A DNA stretch of 64,000 nucleotides, from the NCBI GenBank assembly GCA_015522685.1, contig WALU01000035.1, positions 58,035-122,034 on the forward strand. The letters run 5' to 3'. This document shows, in pieces, positions 39,488-50,165 of this stretch. Source of the stretch: Thermoproteota archaeon. Lineage in GTDB: Archaea; Korarchaeota; Korarchaeia; Korarchaeales; Korarchaeaceae. Each line of letters opens with the position of its first letter. The first letter of the stretch is position 1. The notes below the pieces were generated by a model. It saw only the letters and a list, made by a program, of their open reading frames with translations, did no database searches and was not told where the DNA came from. The position numbers were made by a program, and so were the translations under genes.

Positions 39488-39976
39488 ATGGCTAGAACAT
39501 TAGAAAAACTTCATTATATTAAGGTAGTACCAAAAAAAGATATAAGTTTAGAGAGAATTGGTATAAAATTATTTAAAGGAGTTGAGGCAGAGATACCTAG
39601 GTGGTTGGCAGATGAGTTAGAAGGAGAGGGATTTATAGTAAAGGAGGATGAGAACCCAAAAATTATTAGCGAGTTATATTACAAGGAAAAAGTTTCAATA
39701 ACTCCCCTTGAGATACCTCCTTACGTATATTCGCTGATTAGGGGGATCTTGAGATCACCACCGGAGGATTCTCTCATGAGGAGGGATTCTTTAGCGTTAA
39801 TCAATAGGAGGATAAGTAAAATATTGAACTATATTAGGACTTCTCTTACTCTTAGAACTAATAAAACGCCAAAAAATTTACTTTTAGAGGAACTCATCCT
39901 TTATAATGCCCTGAAGCTAGTGTTAGATGAATGGATGAGTACTTTCTTAGAAATAAGGGATGAGGGTGATGGTTGA
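39488..39976 (+). CDS. GINS subunit, Gins23 type (N-terminal B domain)
   Basis: G.E.EIPRWLA..L, R.SKIL, NL..EE..LY; directly upstream of MCM. The exact start (39461 or 39488) is uncertain. Confidence 0.78.
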   Translation: MARTLEKLHYIKVVPKKDISLERIGIKLFKGVEAEIPRWLADELEGEGFIVKEDENPKIISELYYKEKVSITPLEIPPYVYSLIRGILRSPPEDSLMRRDSLALINRRISKILNYIRTSLTLRTNKTPKNLLLEELILYNALKLVLDEWMSTFLEIRDEGDG

Positions 39977-42107
39977 GAAAGCATTATTATTAGATCTGGA
40001 TGAGCTCTCTGAGAAATATAAGGAGTTCATACAGTTCTATACAGATGAATCTGGAGAGCCTATCTACAGAAAGTCTTTAGGGCAGATGATAGAAGATCAG
40101 AGAAATTCATTGAATGTAGATTGGGAACATTTGTATAATTTTAATTCTGAGTTCAGGGAAATAGCAGAAGATATAATAATACATCCATCGGCTCACATGA
40201 AAGCTGGCTCTGCTGCTCTAAAAGACTTGGTTAGCGATTTACTAGGAGATTTAGTTAGAGAGGATAGATATAGGATATATAGCAAGGGTAGATTCCACCT
40301 TAGATTTTACAATATACCTACAAAAGCTTCTTTGAGAGATGTAACTAAGTTCTCAATAGGAAGACTTGTTGAGATAGGAGGTATAATAACTAGGGTCTCC
40401 GCAATTTATGATAAATTAGTTAGGGCCGTTTTTGTTTGTACGAACCCTGAATGTGGGAGAATAGAAAGCGTTGATATAATCGGTGGAAAGTTTAGACCTC
40501 CTGAGAGGTGCCCTGAATGCAATTCTCCCATGAGATTTGATCACGAATTAAGTGAATTTGTCCGTTGGAGATCTGTAAGGATACAGGAGAGACCCGAAGA
40601 CCTCCCGCCAGGCATGATGCCTGAGCATATAGATGGAGTACTACTGGATGATCTGGTTGATGAGGTAAAGCCTGGAGATAGGGTTAAAGTAACGGGCATA
40701 ATAAGGATAAAGCCTGCAAGGGGAGAAGAAAGAGGAAGCGAGGGACCAATCTATAGAAGATATCTAGAGGTAATTCATGCAGATGTTCCAAATAGGATTT
40801 ATGAGAAGCTTGAGATAACACCAGAGGATGAGGAGGATATATGGAAGCTAGCCTCGAAGGACGGATTAGAGGAACTTATAGTGAAATCTATCGCCCCCTC
40901 TATATTTGGCTGGATAGAGGTCAAAAGAGCGATAGCTTATGCCCTTTTTGGAGGAAGTACCAAGTTTCTGCTTGATGGTTCTAAAGTTAGAGGAGAGATA
41001 AATATACTTATGGTAGGAGATCCTGGTGTAGCTAAAAGTCAGCTGTTAAAGTATACATCTCAATTAGCTCCAAGGGGATTATACACAACTGGTAAAGGGT
41101 CAACAGCTGCTGGCTTGACGGCAGCCGTTGTAAGAGATTCAACAATAGGCGGATGGACCCTTGAGGCTGGTGCATTAGTACTAGCTGATAGAGGAGTGGC
41201 CTGCATAGATGAATTTGATAAGATGAATGAAGATGATAGAAGATCAATTCATGAAGCCATGGAGCAGCAAACAATATCCATAGCTAAAGCCGGTATAGTA
41301 GCTACTTTAAATGCTAGAACTACAATAATAGCTGCAGCTAATCCGAAGAAGGGAAGATATGATGATTACGTGTCTATAGCTGAAAACATAAATCTGCCTC
41401 CAACGATCTTATCTAGATTCGATTTAGTTTTCATAATGAAGGATAGGCCAAGGCCAGAGGCTGATAATATGGTAGCTGAGCATATTTTGATCACTAGAAT
41501 GGGAAGAAATCCCGAGGCTAAGCCTCCTATAGATCCTCCTCTGCTAAAGAAGTACATTGCTTATGCAAGGCAAAATATAGATCCTATCCTTACAGAAGGG
41601 GCTGCTAGGAAAATAAAGGAGTTCTATATTGAGATGAGAAAGCCAAGTGTAAGCAGTGAGGAGGAGAGAGAGCCTACGTTTGAGACTATAGCTATAACCC
41701 CAAGGCAGTTAGAGGCTTTAATAAGGTTAAGTGAGGCGAGAGCAAGGATGCATCTTAGGAAGGAGGTCACGGAGGAAGATGCCGAGAGATCAATTCAGCT
41801 GGTCAAGATAATGCTTGAGGGTGCTAGCTATGATGTAGTCTCAGGAATGTTAGACATTACTGGGTTAATGACAGGAGTATCCTTCCCTGCAGTGAAGAGA
41901 AGAGAGTTAGTCTTCCAGATGATAAGGGATTTGGCAGAGGAATCTGAGGATGGCACTGTAGACCGGGAATTAGTAGTGAAGAAGGCTGCAGAAAAGTTGA
42001 ACCTCGAACATAAAGAGTATGTGATAGAGGATATACTTAGGAAGCTGAACGAGGACGGCTTGATTATCTTTCCACCAGGTGGAAAGATAAGGCTACTAGA
42101 AGGATGA
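39969..42107 (+). CDS. mcm: MCM replicative helicase (no intein)
   Basis: C4 Zn finger, IQE.PE.LP.G, GDPGVAKSQL, IDEFDKM, SRFD, TPRQLEALIRL. Confidence 0.97.
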   Translation: MVEKALLLDLDELSEKYKEFIQFYTDESGEPIYRKSLGQMIEDQRNSLNVDWEHLYNFNSEFREIAEDIIIHPSAHMKAGSAALKDLVSDLLGDLVREDRYRIYSKGRFHLRFYNIPTKASLRDVTKFSIGRLVEIGGIITRVSAIYDKLVRAVFVCTNPECGRIESVDIIGGKFRPPERCPECNSPMRFDHELSEFVRWRSVRIQERPEDLPPGMMPEHIDGVLLDDLVDEVKPGDRVKVTGIIRIKPARGEERGSEGPIYRRYLEVIHADVPNRIYEKLEITPEDEEDIWKLASKDGLEELIVKSIAPSIFGWIEVKRAIAYALFGGSTKFLLDGSKVRGEINILMVGDPGVAKSQLLKYTSQLAPRGLYTTGKGSTAAGLTAAVVRDSTIGGWTLEAGALVLADRGVACIDEFDKMNEDDRRSIHEAMEQQTISIAKAGIVATLNARTTIIAAANPKKGRYDDYVSIAENINLPPTILSRFDLVFIMKDRPRPEADNMVAEHILITRMGRNPEAKPPIDPPLLKKYIAYARQNIDPILTEGAARKIKEFYIEMRKPSVSSEEEREPTFETIAITPRQLEALIRLSEARARMHLRKEVTEEDAERSIQLVKIMLEGASYDVVSGMLDITGLMTGVSFPAVKRRELVFQMIRDLAEESEDGTVDRELVVKKAAEKLNLEHKEYVIEDILRKLNEDGLIIFPPGGKIRLLEG

Positions 42108-42111
42108 AACA

Positions 42112-44226
42112 ATGAGTATAGATAACCTACTGAGAAGGGCCGGTATAGATAGCCTGTATCCCACCCAGCAAGCCATAATAGGATATGGTCTCCTCGATGA
42201 GGGAAACTTTGTCCTAGCAGCACCCACAGCATCAGGAAAAACGCTAGCTGCTGAAATGGTAATGAATGAAGAGTTAGAAAATGGAGGCAAGGTTCTTTAT
42301 CTTGCTCCCTTAAGAGCTTTAGCCTATGAGAAATATGAGGAGTTTACTCATATCTTCAATAAATGGAATGTTAGAATCTCCATTGGAGATTATGACTCTT
42401 CTGAGGAGCCTTTAGGGGACTACGATTTAGTTATTATGACCTATGAGAAGTTTGACTCAGTTCAGAGACATAAATCCTCTTGGCTATTTGATATATCCCT
42501 GTTAGTACTAGATGAGGTTCATTATGTAGGTGATCCTCATAGGGGACCAACCTTAGAGATGGCAGTTTCAAAATTCATGTATTGCAATAAATCTGCTAGG
42601 AGGATAGCTCTAAGTGCCACCATAACGAACCTAAATGAGATATCTAGGTGGCTGGATGCCAAGCCCATACGTGTAGATTGGAGACCAGTTCCTCTGAAGG
42701 TTGGGATGTTCTTCGATGGAACTATTATATATCAGGATGGAACGACTGAGCCTCTTTCAGGTAGGGGCATTCTACCTCTAGTGGAGAGAAGCTTAAAGTC
42801 TGGAGGCCAAGTTATAGTATTCTATAATAGGAGGGTAGATGCCGTTTCATGGGCTGAAAAGTTAGCTAGCAAGTTTAATTTTGGGGGTAAGGAACTTAGC
42901 GAGGCTGTAGGCAGCTTAAAGCTTTCTACATATTCTTCTTCAAAGCTGGTCGATAGATTAGCATCTGTTGTGAAGAGAGGGGTGGCCTTCCATCATGCAG
43001 GTCTCCCATTTGAGTTGCGCAAGGCTATAGAGAAATCATTTAAGAGAGGTGATTTGAAGATCATAACTGCTACGCCTACATTGGCAGCGGGGGTCAATTT
43101 ACCAGCTAGGACAGTTATCATAAGCTCCTATATGAGATATGATAGAAGTGTTGGAAGGATAGTTCCTATATCAATCATGGAGTTCTGGCAGATGGCGGGT
43201 CGAGCAGGCAGGCCTAGATACGATAAGTATGGAGAAGCCTTCATAATAGCAAATAGCGAGAGAGATGCCGATATAATGTTCAGGAGGTATCTCTCCTCAG
43301 AACCAGAGCCTATTTCATCCTCCCTTTACGATATATCTCAGTTAAGGAACCATGTATTAGCATTAATATCTTCTCAAGGCTATATGAATAGAGACAGTCT
43401 GTACGAGATATTCCAAAGGACTCTCCTATCTATACAAGGGGGAGATAAGATTTTAGATAGATCTCTCCCCTATGTCCTCTCATCTCTGGAGAAGGAGGGT
43501 TTTCTTATAAATGATGGAGCTAGTTATAAGGCTACATCCATAGGAAGGAGAGTATCTGAGCTTTACGTAGATCCATCTTCAGCATACCTTATGATTCAAT
43601 CAATGGACGAATTAGAAAGGAGGTTTGCTTTATCAGAGATGCTGGAACTTCCTATCCTACAATTAATTGCTATGCTTCCTGATATGCCCAGGATATCGAT
43701 ACAAAGGGGAAAGCGCCATATGCTAGAGGAGGCAGCAGAAGAGATTGAAATGCTAATTCCTTTGGAGGAATCTCCTATATCTTCTCTTTCTGAGCTTCTT
43801 CAGATAACCAAGGCTGCTCTTTCTTTGAATATGTGGATATCCGGGATGAGTGAGGGCGATATAGAGGAAAAATTAGGAATAGAGCCAGGTGATCTAAGGG
43901 GATTGGCAGAGACGGCTACTTGGTTGTGCTATGCCTATTCAGAGATAGCTAGGCTTCTTGGTAATTATGAGGTATCTGAATGGTTAAGGAAGCTTTTTAT
44001 GAGGATAAAATATGGTGCTACAGAGGAGCTACTCTCTCTTGTGTTAGTGAAGGGAATTGGTAGAATTAGAGCGAAGATCCTCTATGAGAAAGGATATAAA
44101 ACCATTAAAGATATAGCTTTAGCAAATACGGAAGATTTAGAGAAGCTTCCCGGTATTGGAAAGCAATTATCTAGGGAGTTGATTAATCAAGCGAGGTCTG
44201 TCCATTATGCAAGTTCATCCGATTGA
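42112..44226 (+). CDS. hel308: Hel308/Hjm Ski2-like DNA helicase
   Basis: PTASGKT, DEVH, SAT, AFHHAGL, TPTLAAGVNLPA, QMAGRAGRP; C-terminal HhH. Confidence 0.92.
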   Translation: MSIDNLLRRAGIDSLYPTQQAIIGYGLLDEGNFVLAAPTASGKTLAAEMVMNEELENGGKVLYLAPLRALAYEKYEEFTHIFNKWNVRISIGDYDSSEEPLGDYDLVIMTYEKFDSVQRHKSSWLFDISLLVLDEVHYVGDPHRGPTLEMAVSKFMYCNKSARRIALSATITNLNEISRWLDAKPIRVDWRPVPLKVGMFFDGTIIYQDGTTEPLSGRGILPLVERSLKSGGQVIVFYNRRVDAVSWAEKLASKFNFGGKELSEAVGSLKLSTYSSSKLVDRLASVVKRGVAFHHAGLPFELRKAIEKSFKRGDLKIITATPTLAAGVNLPARTVIISSYMRYDRSVGRIVPISIMEFWQMAGRAGRPRYDKYGEAFIIANSERDADIMFRRYLSSEPEPISSSLYDISQLRNHVLALISSQGYMNRDSLYEIFQRTLLSIQGGDKILDRSLPYVLSSLEKEGFLINDGASYKATSIGRRVSELYVDPSSAYLMIQSMDELERRFALSEMLELPILQLIAMLPDMPRISIQRGKRHMLEEAAEEIEMLIPLEESPISSLSELLQITKAALSLNMWISGMSEGDIEEKLGIEPGDLRGLAETATWLCYAYSEIARLLGNYEVSEWLRKLFMRIKYGATEELLSLVLVKGIGRIRAKILYEKGYKTIKDIALANTEDLEKLPGIGKQLSRELINQARSVHYASSSD

Positions 44227-45580
44227 TTATAGATATGGCTCAATGGAAATGAGGAAGATATTTGAACCAGAAAATAAGATAAGACTCATGGCTAGGACGG
44301 AAGCTGCTCTAGCTAAGGTTCAGGCAATGTATAATGTAATACCAAAAGAGGCTGCTGAGGCTATTAAGAGAGCTTCTAAAGAAATAGAGTACGAGAATGT
44401 AAAGAAAGAGGAGGAAAAGACAAAGCATGAGACGATGGCCCTTGTGAAAGCTCTAGCCAGAAAATCTGGGTCTTATGGCGAATATGTCCATTTAGGAGTT
44501 ACCTCAAACGACATCTTGGATACTGCAATGGCACTTCAAATAAAAATGGCAGGGCGCCTCCTCATAAAAAGATCATCTCGCCTTCTTAATGCAATAATAG
44601 CTAAGGGAGAGAAAGTTGAGGGGATTGTAGCTTTGGGAAGAACGCATGGTGTGGTTGCCGATCCGATCCCTCTTTCCTTGAAGTTTGCTCTCTGGTCTTA
44701 TTTAGTTAGGAGATCTATGAAGAGGCTTGTCCTCGCTTTAGAGGATGCTGCTGTAGGTAAGATTAGTGGGGCAGTTGGAACTATGGCAGCTCTTGTTGAA
44801 CTTGGTGTCAGGGATCCCAAAATGCTACAGCAGAATGTTTTGAGGGAGTTAGGTTTAAAATCAGCTGAAGTAACAACGCAGGTTGTGCCTAGAGATAGAT
44901 TAGCTTATCTAATATCCATGATGTCTCTCTATTCATCAGCCTTAGATAATATAGGCAATGAGATAAGAAATCTTCATAGAACGGAGATAGGTGAGATGAA
45001 GGAATACTTCGAAGAGACAAGTCAGGTCGGGTCCAGTACCATGCCTCACAAGAGAAACCCTATAAAAAGTGAAAAGGTATGTGGGCTAGCTAAGATAATG
45101 AGATCCCTCATTATAGCAGCGCTTGAGAATGTTGTTCTTGAGCATGAGAGAGATCTAACTAACAGTTCGGCTGAGAGATGCTTTTTACCTGAGGCTTTTA
45201 TCATCTTAGAGGAACAGATTATTACATTGTCTGATGTTATAGAAAATTTGAAGATAGATGAGAGGAGAATAAGAGAAAATTTAGAGAAATATAAAGATTT
45301 AGCGCTTAGTGAGAGGCTTATGATAGCTTTAGTAAAGAAGGGGATGGGAAGGCAAACTGCTCATGAAATCGTAAGGAAGCTCTCTATGGAGTCATATTCT
45401 ACCGGGCAAGGTATTTTTGAAATCGCTATGGAGGATGGATCCATTAGAAATGTACTAGCATCTGATGAGATAAAGGAACTACTTGACCCATCTAGTTACA
45501 TAGGTATTGGTGAAGAGATAGCTAGAGAGGAGTTTTATAGAGCTAAGGAATTCCTGAAGGAGGTACGCGGTTATGGCTGA
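44207..45580 (+). CDS. purB: Adenylosuccinate lyase
   Basis: P.DYRYG, H.G.TS.D, GRTHG, GSSTMPHKRNP, HERDL. Confidence 0.95.
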   Translation: MQVHPIDYRYGSMEMRKIFEPENKIRLMARTEAALAKVQAMYNVIPKEAAEAIKRASKEIEYENVKKEEEKTKHETMALVKALARKSGSYGEYVHLGVTSNDILDTAMALQIKMAGRLLIKRSSRLLNAIIAKGEKVEGIVALGRTHGVVADPIPLSLKFALWSYLVRRSMKRLVLALEDAAVGKISGAVGTMAALVELGVRDPKMLQQNVLRELGLKSAEVTTQVVPRDRLAYLISMMSLYSSALDNIGNEIRNLHRTEIGEMKEYFEETSQVGSSTMPHKRNPIKSEKVCGLAKIMRSLIIAALENVVLEHERDLTNSSAERCFLPEAFIILEEQIITLSDVIENLKIDERRIRENLEKYKDLALSERLMIALVKKGMGRQTAHEIVRKLSMESYSTGQGIFEIAMEDGSIRNVLASDEIKELLDPSSYIGIGEEIAREEFYRAKEFLKEVRGYG

Positions 45581-46907
45581 GGTAAAGATGAGTTTTCTAG
45601 GAGGAGCTAAGGGTGTCGGCAGATCTAGTATTGAGTTATCAAATGAAAATGGTTCGATAATATTAGATTCAGGGGTTAATTTAGGAGGTAAAGGTGAAGA
45701 TAGATATCCCATAGACCCAAAGGGAAAAATCTCTGCTTTAGCCCTTACTCATGCTCATCTAGATCATTCTGGCTATGTGCCAGCGATTCTATCCAAATGG
45801 GATTGTGACCTCTTTGCTACCTCTCCTACTGTAGACATTTCGGAGATATTGCTTAGGGACTACCTAAGTTTGATACCAGATAATGAAGCTAAGCCTTATG
45901 ATGCTAGTGAGATATATCTACTGAGAAGAAAGGAGAAATCAATTAGGTTTGGATTAGCTACTGAGCCCATTGAAGGATGGGAGCTCATTCCTTTTAATGC
46001 TGGTCATGTTCTTGGTTCTGCTATGATTTACTTAAGATCTCCTGATGGTACGTCCATATTATACACAGGTGATCTGAACACCACAAACACAAGAACATTG
46101 AGGGGAGCCAATATGAACATTCCAGAAGTCGATTATTTGATAATAGAGAGCACATATGGAGGGGATGAGGACATACACCCTTCTAGGAAAAAAGTAGAGA
46201 GAAAATTCGTTGAGGATATAAAGAAAGTTTTGGAATTGGGCGGTGTAGTAATAGTACCTGCATTTGCACTAGGAAGATCCCAGGAGGTTCTCCTCACTTT
46301 AGTACATTATATCGAATCAGGCTTTCTTCAAGAGGTACCAATCTTCATAGATGGTATGATAAGAGAGGTTTCGAAGTTTTATTCGATGTATTGGTCTTGG
46401 TTGAGGCCTGAATTGCAGAGAAGAATCAGAGAAAGTAAGAGGGGCTTGTTTGACCACAGGACCATAGAGGAGGTGAGAAATAGAGATGAACTTCTGGAAT
46501 TAAGCGAGCCTTTTATAATCATTACGACATCTGGTATGCTCCAAGGAGGACCTGTTTTGACATATCTTAAGCATTATGGTATTAAGAAGGGTAATTTGAT
46601 CTATCTTACCGGATACCAAGTTAGGGGTACTAGAGGACGATTGTTATTAGATGGTGCGAGAGATTTACAATTACCAGATGGTTCTTCTATACATATAGAG
46701 GCTGATGTGCAATTTGCTGATTTCTCTGCCCATGCTGACCAGCCAAATCTAATTAATTTCATATCTAAACTCTGGGAAAAGGGACTTAAGGAAGTCGAAT
46801 TGGTACATGGAGAGCCTGGTAAGATGATTCAGTTGAGGAGAAAGCTTGAGAGAAGAGGCATCAGGACATATATACCCGAGTTAGGGGAGAGTATTATATT
46901 GAGCTAG
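45573..46907 (+). CDS. MBL / beta-CASP ribonuclease (aCPSF-like, lacking KH domains)
   Basis: THAHLDHSG, AGHVLG, YTGD, ESTYG, FALGR.QE, FSAHAD, VHGE. Confidence 0.9.
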   Translation: MAEVKMSFLGGAKGVGRSSIELSNENGSIILDSGVNLGGKGEDRYPIDPKGKISALALTHAHLDHSGYVPAILSKWDCDLFATSPTVDISEILLRDYLSLIPDNEAKPYDASEIYLLRRKEKSIRFGLATEPIEGWELIPFNAGHVLGSAMIYLRSPDGTSILYTGDLNTTNTRTLRGANMNIPEVDYLIIESTYGGDEDIHPSRKKVERKFVEDIKKVLELGGVVIVPAFALGRSQEVLLTLVHYIESGFLQEVPIFIDGMIREVSKFYSMYWSWLRPELQRRIRESKRGLFDHRTIEEVRNRDELLELSEPFIIITTSGMLQGGPVLTYLKHYGIKKGNLIYLTGYQVRGTRGRLLLDGARDLQLPDGSSIHIEADVQFADFSAHADQPNLINFISKLWEKGLKEVELVHGEPGKMIQLRRKLERRGIRTYIPELGESIILS

Positions 46908-46925
46908 TTATAGCATGATATTTCT

Positions 46926-46985
46926 AATGTATTACATTCAACTAGCCTCCTTTATATTGACAAAATTTCCCTTTTAAAAGGGAAA
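46926..46985 (+). promoter_or_regulatory. oapABC-like operon promoter: TATA flanked by two palindromes
   Basis: AATGTA-T-TACATT (46926-46938), TTTATATT (46951-46958), perfect 20-bp TTTCCCTTTTAAAAGGGAAA (46966-46985) ending 1 nt before the ATG. Confidence 0.6.
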
Positions 46986-46986
46986 A

Positions 46987-47643
46987 ATGCTGGCTAAGTT
47001 AGTCTATCCTCATCAAGGTAACGGGTTCCTTTCTAGATTATTTTCCAAGTTATTTAGAAAGAAGAAAAGGATAATGCTTGGAGTATATGGACCTGTTAAT
47101 TCAGGTAAGACCACACTAGCCAATAGGATGTGTATGGACTTCGTGGGTGAGAAGCTAGGGTCTGTAAGTAGAGTGCCTCATGAGACTAGATCCATCAATA
47201 TCATGGAGAACGTTTCTTTGAAGCTGAAGAATGGATCATCTCTTGTAATGGATGTTGTAGATACGCCAGGGATCGCTACTAGAATTACATACAGAAGTTT
47301 TCTCAGATACGGTTTTAAGAAGAATGAAGCCTTAGAGAGAGCAGCGGAAGCGGCTAGGGGAGTAGTAGAGGCAATAAAGTCAATGGAGCATGTTAATGTC
47401 GCTCTTATCGTGATTGACTCCACAAAAGATCCCACATCCCAAGTAAATTGGGTTATAGCAGGGAACTTAAAAGCAAGGAACGTTCCATATATAGTGGTTG
47501 CAAATAAAATAGATTTACCATATTCTAGGCCATTAAGGGTTGAAAAGGCCTTCATAGATGATAGAGTTGTCTCAATATCTGCTCTAAGAGGAGATAACAT
47601 AGAAGAGTTATATAATGCTATCATAGAGGTGGCTGCAAGTTGA
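46987..47643 (+). CDS. Era-like small GTPase, OapA-like
   Basis: GVYGP.NSGKTTLANR, PHETR, DTPGIAT, RA.EA..GV.EA, ANKID, ISAL.G. Confidence 0.85.
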   Translation: MLAKLVYPHQGNGFLSRLFSKLFRKKKRIMLGVYGPVNSGKTTLANRMCMDFVGEKLGSVSRVPHETRSINIMENVSLKLKNGSSLVMDVVDTPGIATRITYRSFLRYGFKKNEALERAAEAARGVVEAIKSMEHVNVALIVIDSTKDPTSQVNWVIAGNLKARNVPYIVVANKIDLPYSRPLRVEKAFIDDRVVSISALRGDNIEELYNAIIEVAAS

Positions 47644-47912
47644 CTATTTTATTTCTTAATGAGTTCTCGAAGAAGAATATCCAAGAAATTACCAGCTTTT
47701 TAAAGGAAGGTAATATAATAATAACGAGATCCATTAATCCTGAAGCTGCAGTCTCTGCGATAGAGGACTTGTTGTCCCGTCACGAGGGCGAATCATCTGG
47801 ATTTGAGATAGAGAAAATCCTAGGGAAGGACCTATTTCTTATCCATAATGGGCGCGTTAAATTACATAAGTATGGCAATGGGGTTTTACTCTCAGGTGAG
47901 AAGATTTGTTGA
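47640..47912 (+). CDS. Small protein, OapB / DUF2073-like (short, diverged)
   Basis: K.G.III....I.P and SGFEIE; position between the GTPase and a Zn-ribbon gene. Confidence 0.6.
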   Translation: MTILFLNEFSKKNIQEITSFLKEGNIIITRSINPEAAVSAIEDLLSRHEGESSGFEIEKILGKDLFLIHNGRVKLHKYGNGVLLSGEKIC

Positions 47913-48244
47913 GAGTCCTTCTGGTTTGCAGATCCTGCGGCTATGTCAAGGATCTAGAGAATTCAGAAGATCTTCTTCCAGATTCATGTCCATTATGTGG
48001 CTCTAAAGATCTAGAATTTATGATCTTGAGAGAAAAAGGAATTGCAGAGGAAGATAAAGGAAAAGTCAGTAGTTATAGCCCTGAATTCGTCAATAGTTTG
48101 GTAAAAGAGGCCTTTTTAAGGCAAGTATCTCCTGGAGAGTGGGAAATCGATCTAGGAAAAACAATGTCTGAAAATGCTTCAATAGCTGAGATAGAACCTG
48201 GTGAGTATGAAGTGATTTTTAAGGTTGTTAGGAAGAGCTCTTAA
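47906..48244 (+). CDS. Zn-ribbon protein, OapC / DUF2072-like
   Basis: CRSCG...CPLCG, PGEWEIDL and PGEYEV. Confidence 0.7.
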   Translation: MLRVLLVCRSCGYVKDLENSEDLLPDSCPLCGSKDLEFMILREKGIAEEDKGKVSSYSPEFVNSLVKEAFLRQVSPGEWEIDLGKTMSENASIAEIEPGEYEVIFKVVRKSS

Positions 48245-49010
48245 TCTTCCTGCCAATAATTATGAATCCTGTATGTCCAATCATCCTTGGATGTGGTCTT
48301 GTTCTTCTTTCATTACATTCAAATTCTCTATCTAATATCTCATGTATCTCAATAAGACTAAATCCTATATTCCTAGCAGCTAAGACTACCTTACTTATCT
48401 GTTCGCATGATGGTACGAATATCACAAAAGTTCCATTCGATTTTAACTTCCGATGTACCATAGGAAGCAGCTCCCAAGGATCAGGTATATCCATAAATAC
48501 AGCATCTAAATTATTTTCTTCTATCCCCTCTTTAGCATCTTTTAATTTTAATTCAACATTAGAGAGTTGAAATGCATTTAAATTTTGTTTAGCCACCTTA
48601 ATTGAACTTTCTCTTATATCATAACTATAGACCTTCCCTTCGGGTCCTAAAAAGGTTGCTAGTATAAGAGTAAGCGCGCCAGATCCGGTGCCTATTTCAA
48701 CTATCCTATCTCCTGGTTTTATTCCTGATTTAAGCAGAATGAAGCCTGAATCCTTAGGATATATTATTTGGGTGGATCTGCCGAGTTTTTCCACTATGTC
48801 TACTAGGGTAGGTCTGTGGACTTCTACGGGGACTCCCTTAGAAGTTTCGGTGGTCATACCCCAATCTTTACCAATTAAAGAGCCAATATCTATAGTACCT
48901 TTATGCGTATGTATAACCTTCTTCCTCTCTATTTTAACGAGGAATTTCTTAGGCCTGCCTTTCTTACTATAGATAACTAGGAGGGCTAGGCCTCCCTCCT
49001 TAATGAACAA
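48228..49010 (-). CDS. trmI: tRNA (adenine57/58-N1)-methyltransferase
   Basis: HTH.G, TQIIYPKD, E.GTGSG, DIPDPW, TRP...M.GHTGF. Confidence 0.93.
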   Translation of the reverse strand: MFIKEGGLALLVIYSKKGRPKKFLVKIERKKVIHTHKGTIDIGSLIGKDWGMTTETSKGVPVEVHRPTLVDIVEKLGRSTQIIYPKDSGFILLKSGIKPGDRIVEIGTGSGALTLILATFLGPEGKVYSYDIRESSIKVAKQNLNAFQLSNVELKLKDAKEGIEENNLDAVFMDIPDPWELLPMVHRKLKSNGTFVIFVPSCEQISKVVLAARNIGFSLIEIHEILDREFECNERRTRPHPRMIGHTGFIIIGRKIKSSS

Positions 49011-49025
49011 AGTATAATTCCTCCA

Positions 49026-50165
49026 CTACAGAAGTGCCCTCGCTATTTTTGCAGTAAGATTAGGATATTTCATCAGTTTTATTGCTACCTCCTTAAGGTT
49101 GGTTCCATTGGCCAAGTTTATTATATCTTCATAGTTTAGGATATCTGCTAGCTGGTTGAGATCGTTATCCCCAAGTCTTTCAAATACTCTCATAGCCCTT
49201 AAGCTGTCCTTTATTCTTTTTATCCAAGGTTTATATTCTTTATTAAAGGAACTAAGTGCCTTTGAAGAGGTATCTCCTTTTTCTATAGCTTCTTTTATGA
49301 TTTTACTTGCTGCTTTACCAGCAGCTATAGAAGAGTGAATGCCAGCTCCTGTAAAGGGGACCACCATCCCAGCAGCATCTCCAAGCAAGATAACGCCATC
49401 TCCTATGTACTCTTTTGCAATTCCTCCTATAGGTACCGCTGCACCTCCAATTCCTATTATCTTAGCATTTTTGAATAAGTCCGGCCTCTCTTTAATGAAC
49501 TTATCTAGATAAATCTTGGGCGCTCCGGGCCTTATGCCTATACCAACGTTAGCTATATCATCACCTTTGGGAAAGACCCAAGCATAGCCCCTAGGGGCCA
49601 TTGATCCTACATATATATGGCCTGTCTTATAAGAGTCTAATTCTACTCCTACCATCTTATACTGGTAGACAGGGATTAATTCAGAGCTATTATTTAAGCC
49701 AGATGTTTTTGCAATGGTGGAGTTATAACCGTCGGCACCTATCGTAACTTTAGCTTTAAAGATACCTCCTTTAGCAGTTCTAATGCCCACTACTTTCCCT
49801 CCTTCTTTTACCACGCTATCAACTCGCTCAGCTATTCTAATCTCAGCACCAGCCTTCACAGCTTCCTTGGCCATCTCCTGCAGGAATAGATCTTTGTTTA
49901 TCGCGAACCCATGAAGAGGTATCTTTACGTATTTGCCTGAAGGAGAGTATACTCTCATGCTTAGTTCATTGGCCACTATCCCTGGTTTTGGCTCTATTCC
50001 AGCGGTTTCGAAAGTTTCCTTACTTACTCCCTCTCCACAAGGTTTCCAAGCTTTTATATCGGAATAGGCTTCAAAGAGGAGAGTCCTTAGTCCTAATTCT
50101 GCAGAATACCTAGCTGCTGATAGACCTGCAGGCCCACCGCCAACTATTATCACATTATATTCCAT
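49026..50165 (-). CDS. Geranylgeranyl reductase family FAD oxidoreductase
   Basis: VGGGPAG, KPCG, GADG..S, P.GYAWVFP, GDAAG.V.P.TG.GI. Confidence 0.88.
   Translation of the reverse strand: MEYNVIIVGGGPAGLSAARYSAELGLRTLLFEAYSDIKAWKPCGEGVSKETFETAGIEPKPGIVANELSMRVYSPSGKYVKIPLHGFAINKDLFLQEMAKEAVKAGAEIRIAERVDSVVKEGGKVVGIRTAKGGIFKAKVTIGADGYNSTIAKTSGLNNSSELIPVYQYKMVGVELDSYKTGHIYVGSMAPRGYAWVFPKGDDIANVGIGIRPGAPKIYLDKFIKERPDLFKNAKIIGIGGAAVPIGGIAKEYIGDGVILLGDAAGMVVPFTGAGIHSSIAAGKAASKIIKEAIEKGDTSSKALSSFNKEYKPWIKRIKDSLRAMRVFERLGDNDLNQLADILNYEDIINLANGTNLKEVAIKLMKYPNLTAKIARALL

Noticed and set aside
39969-42107. Inteins in MCM, AtpA, Lhr or TFB
   Set aside because: Lengths and motif spacing are normal, with no intein signatures.
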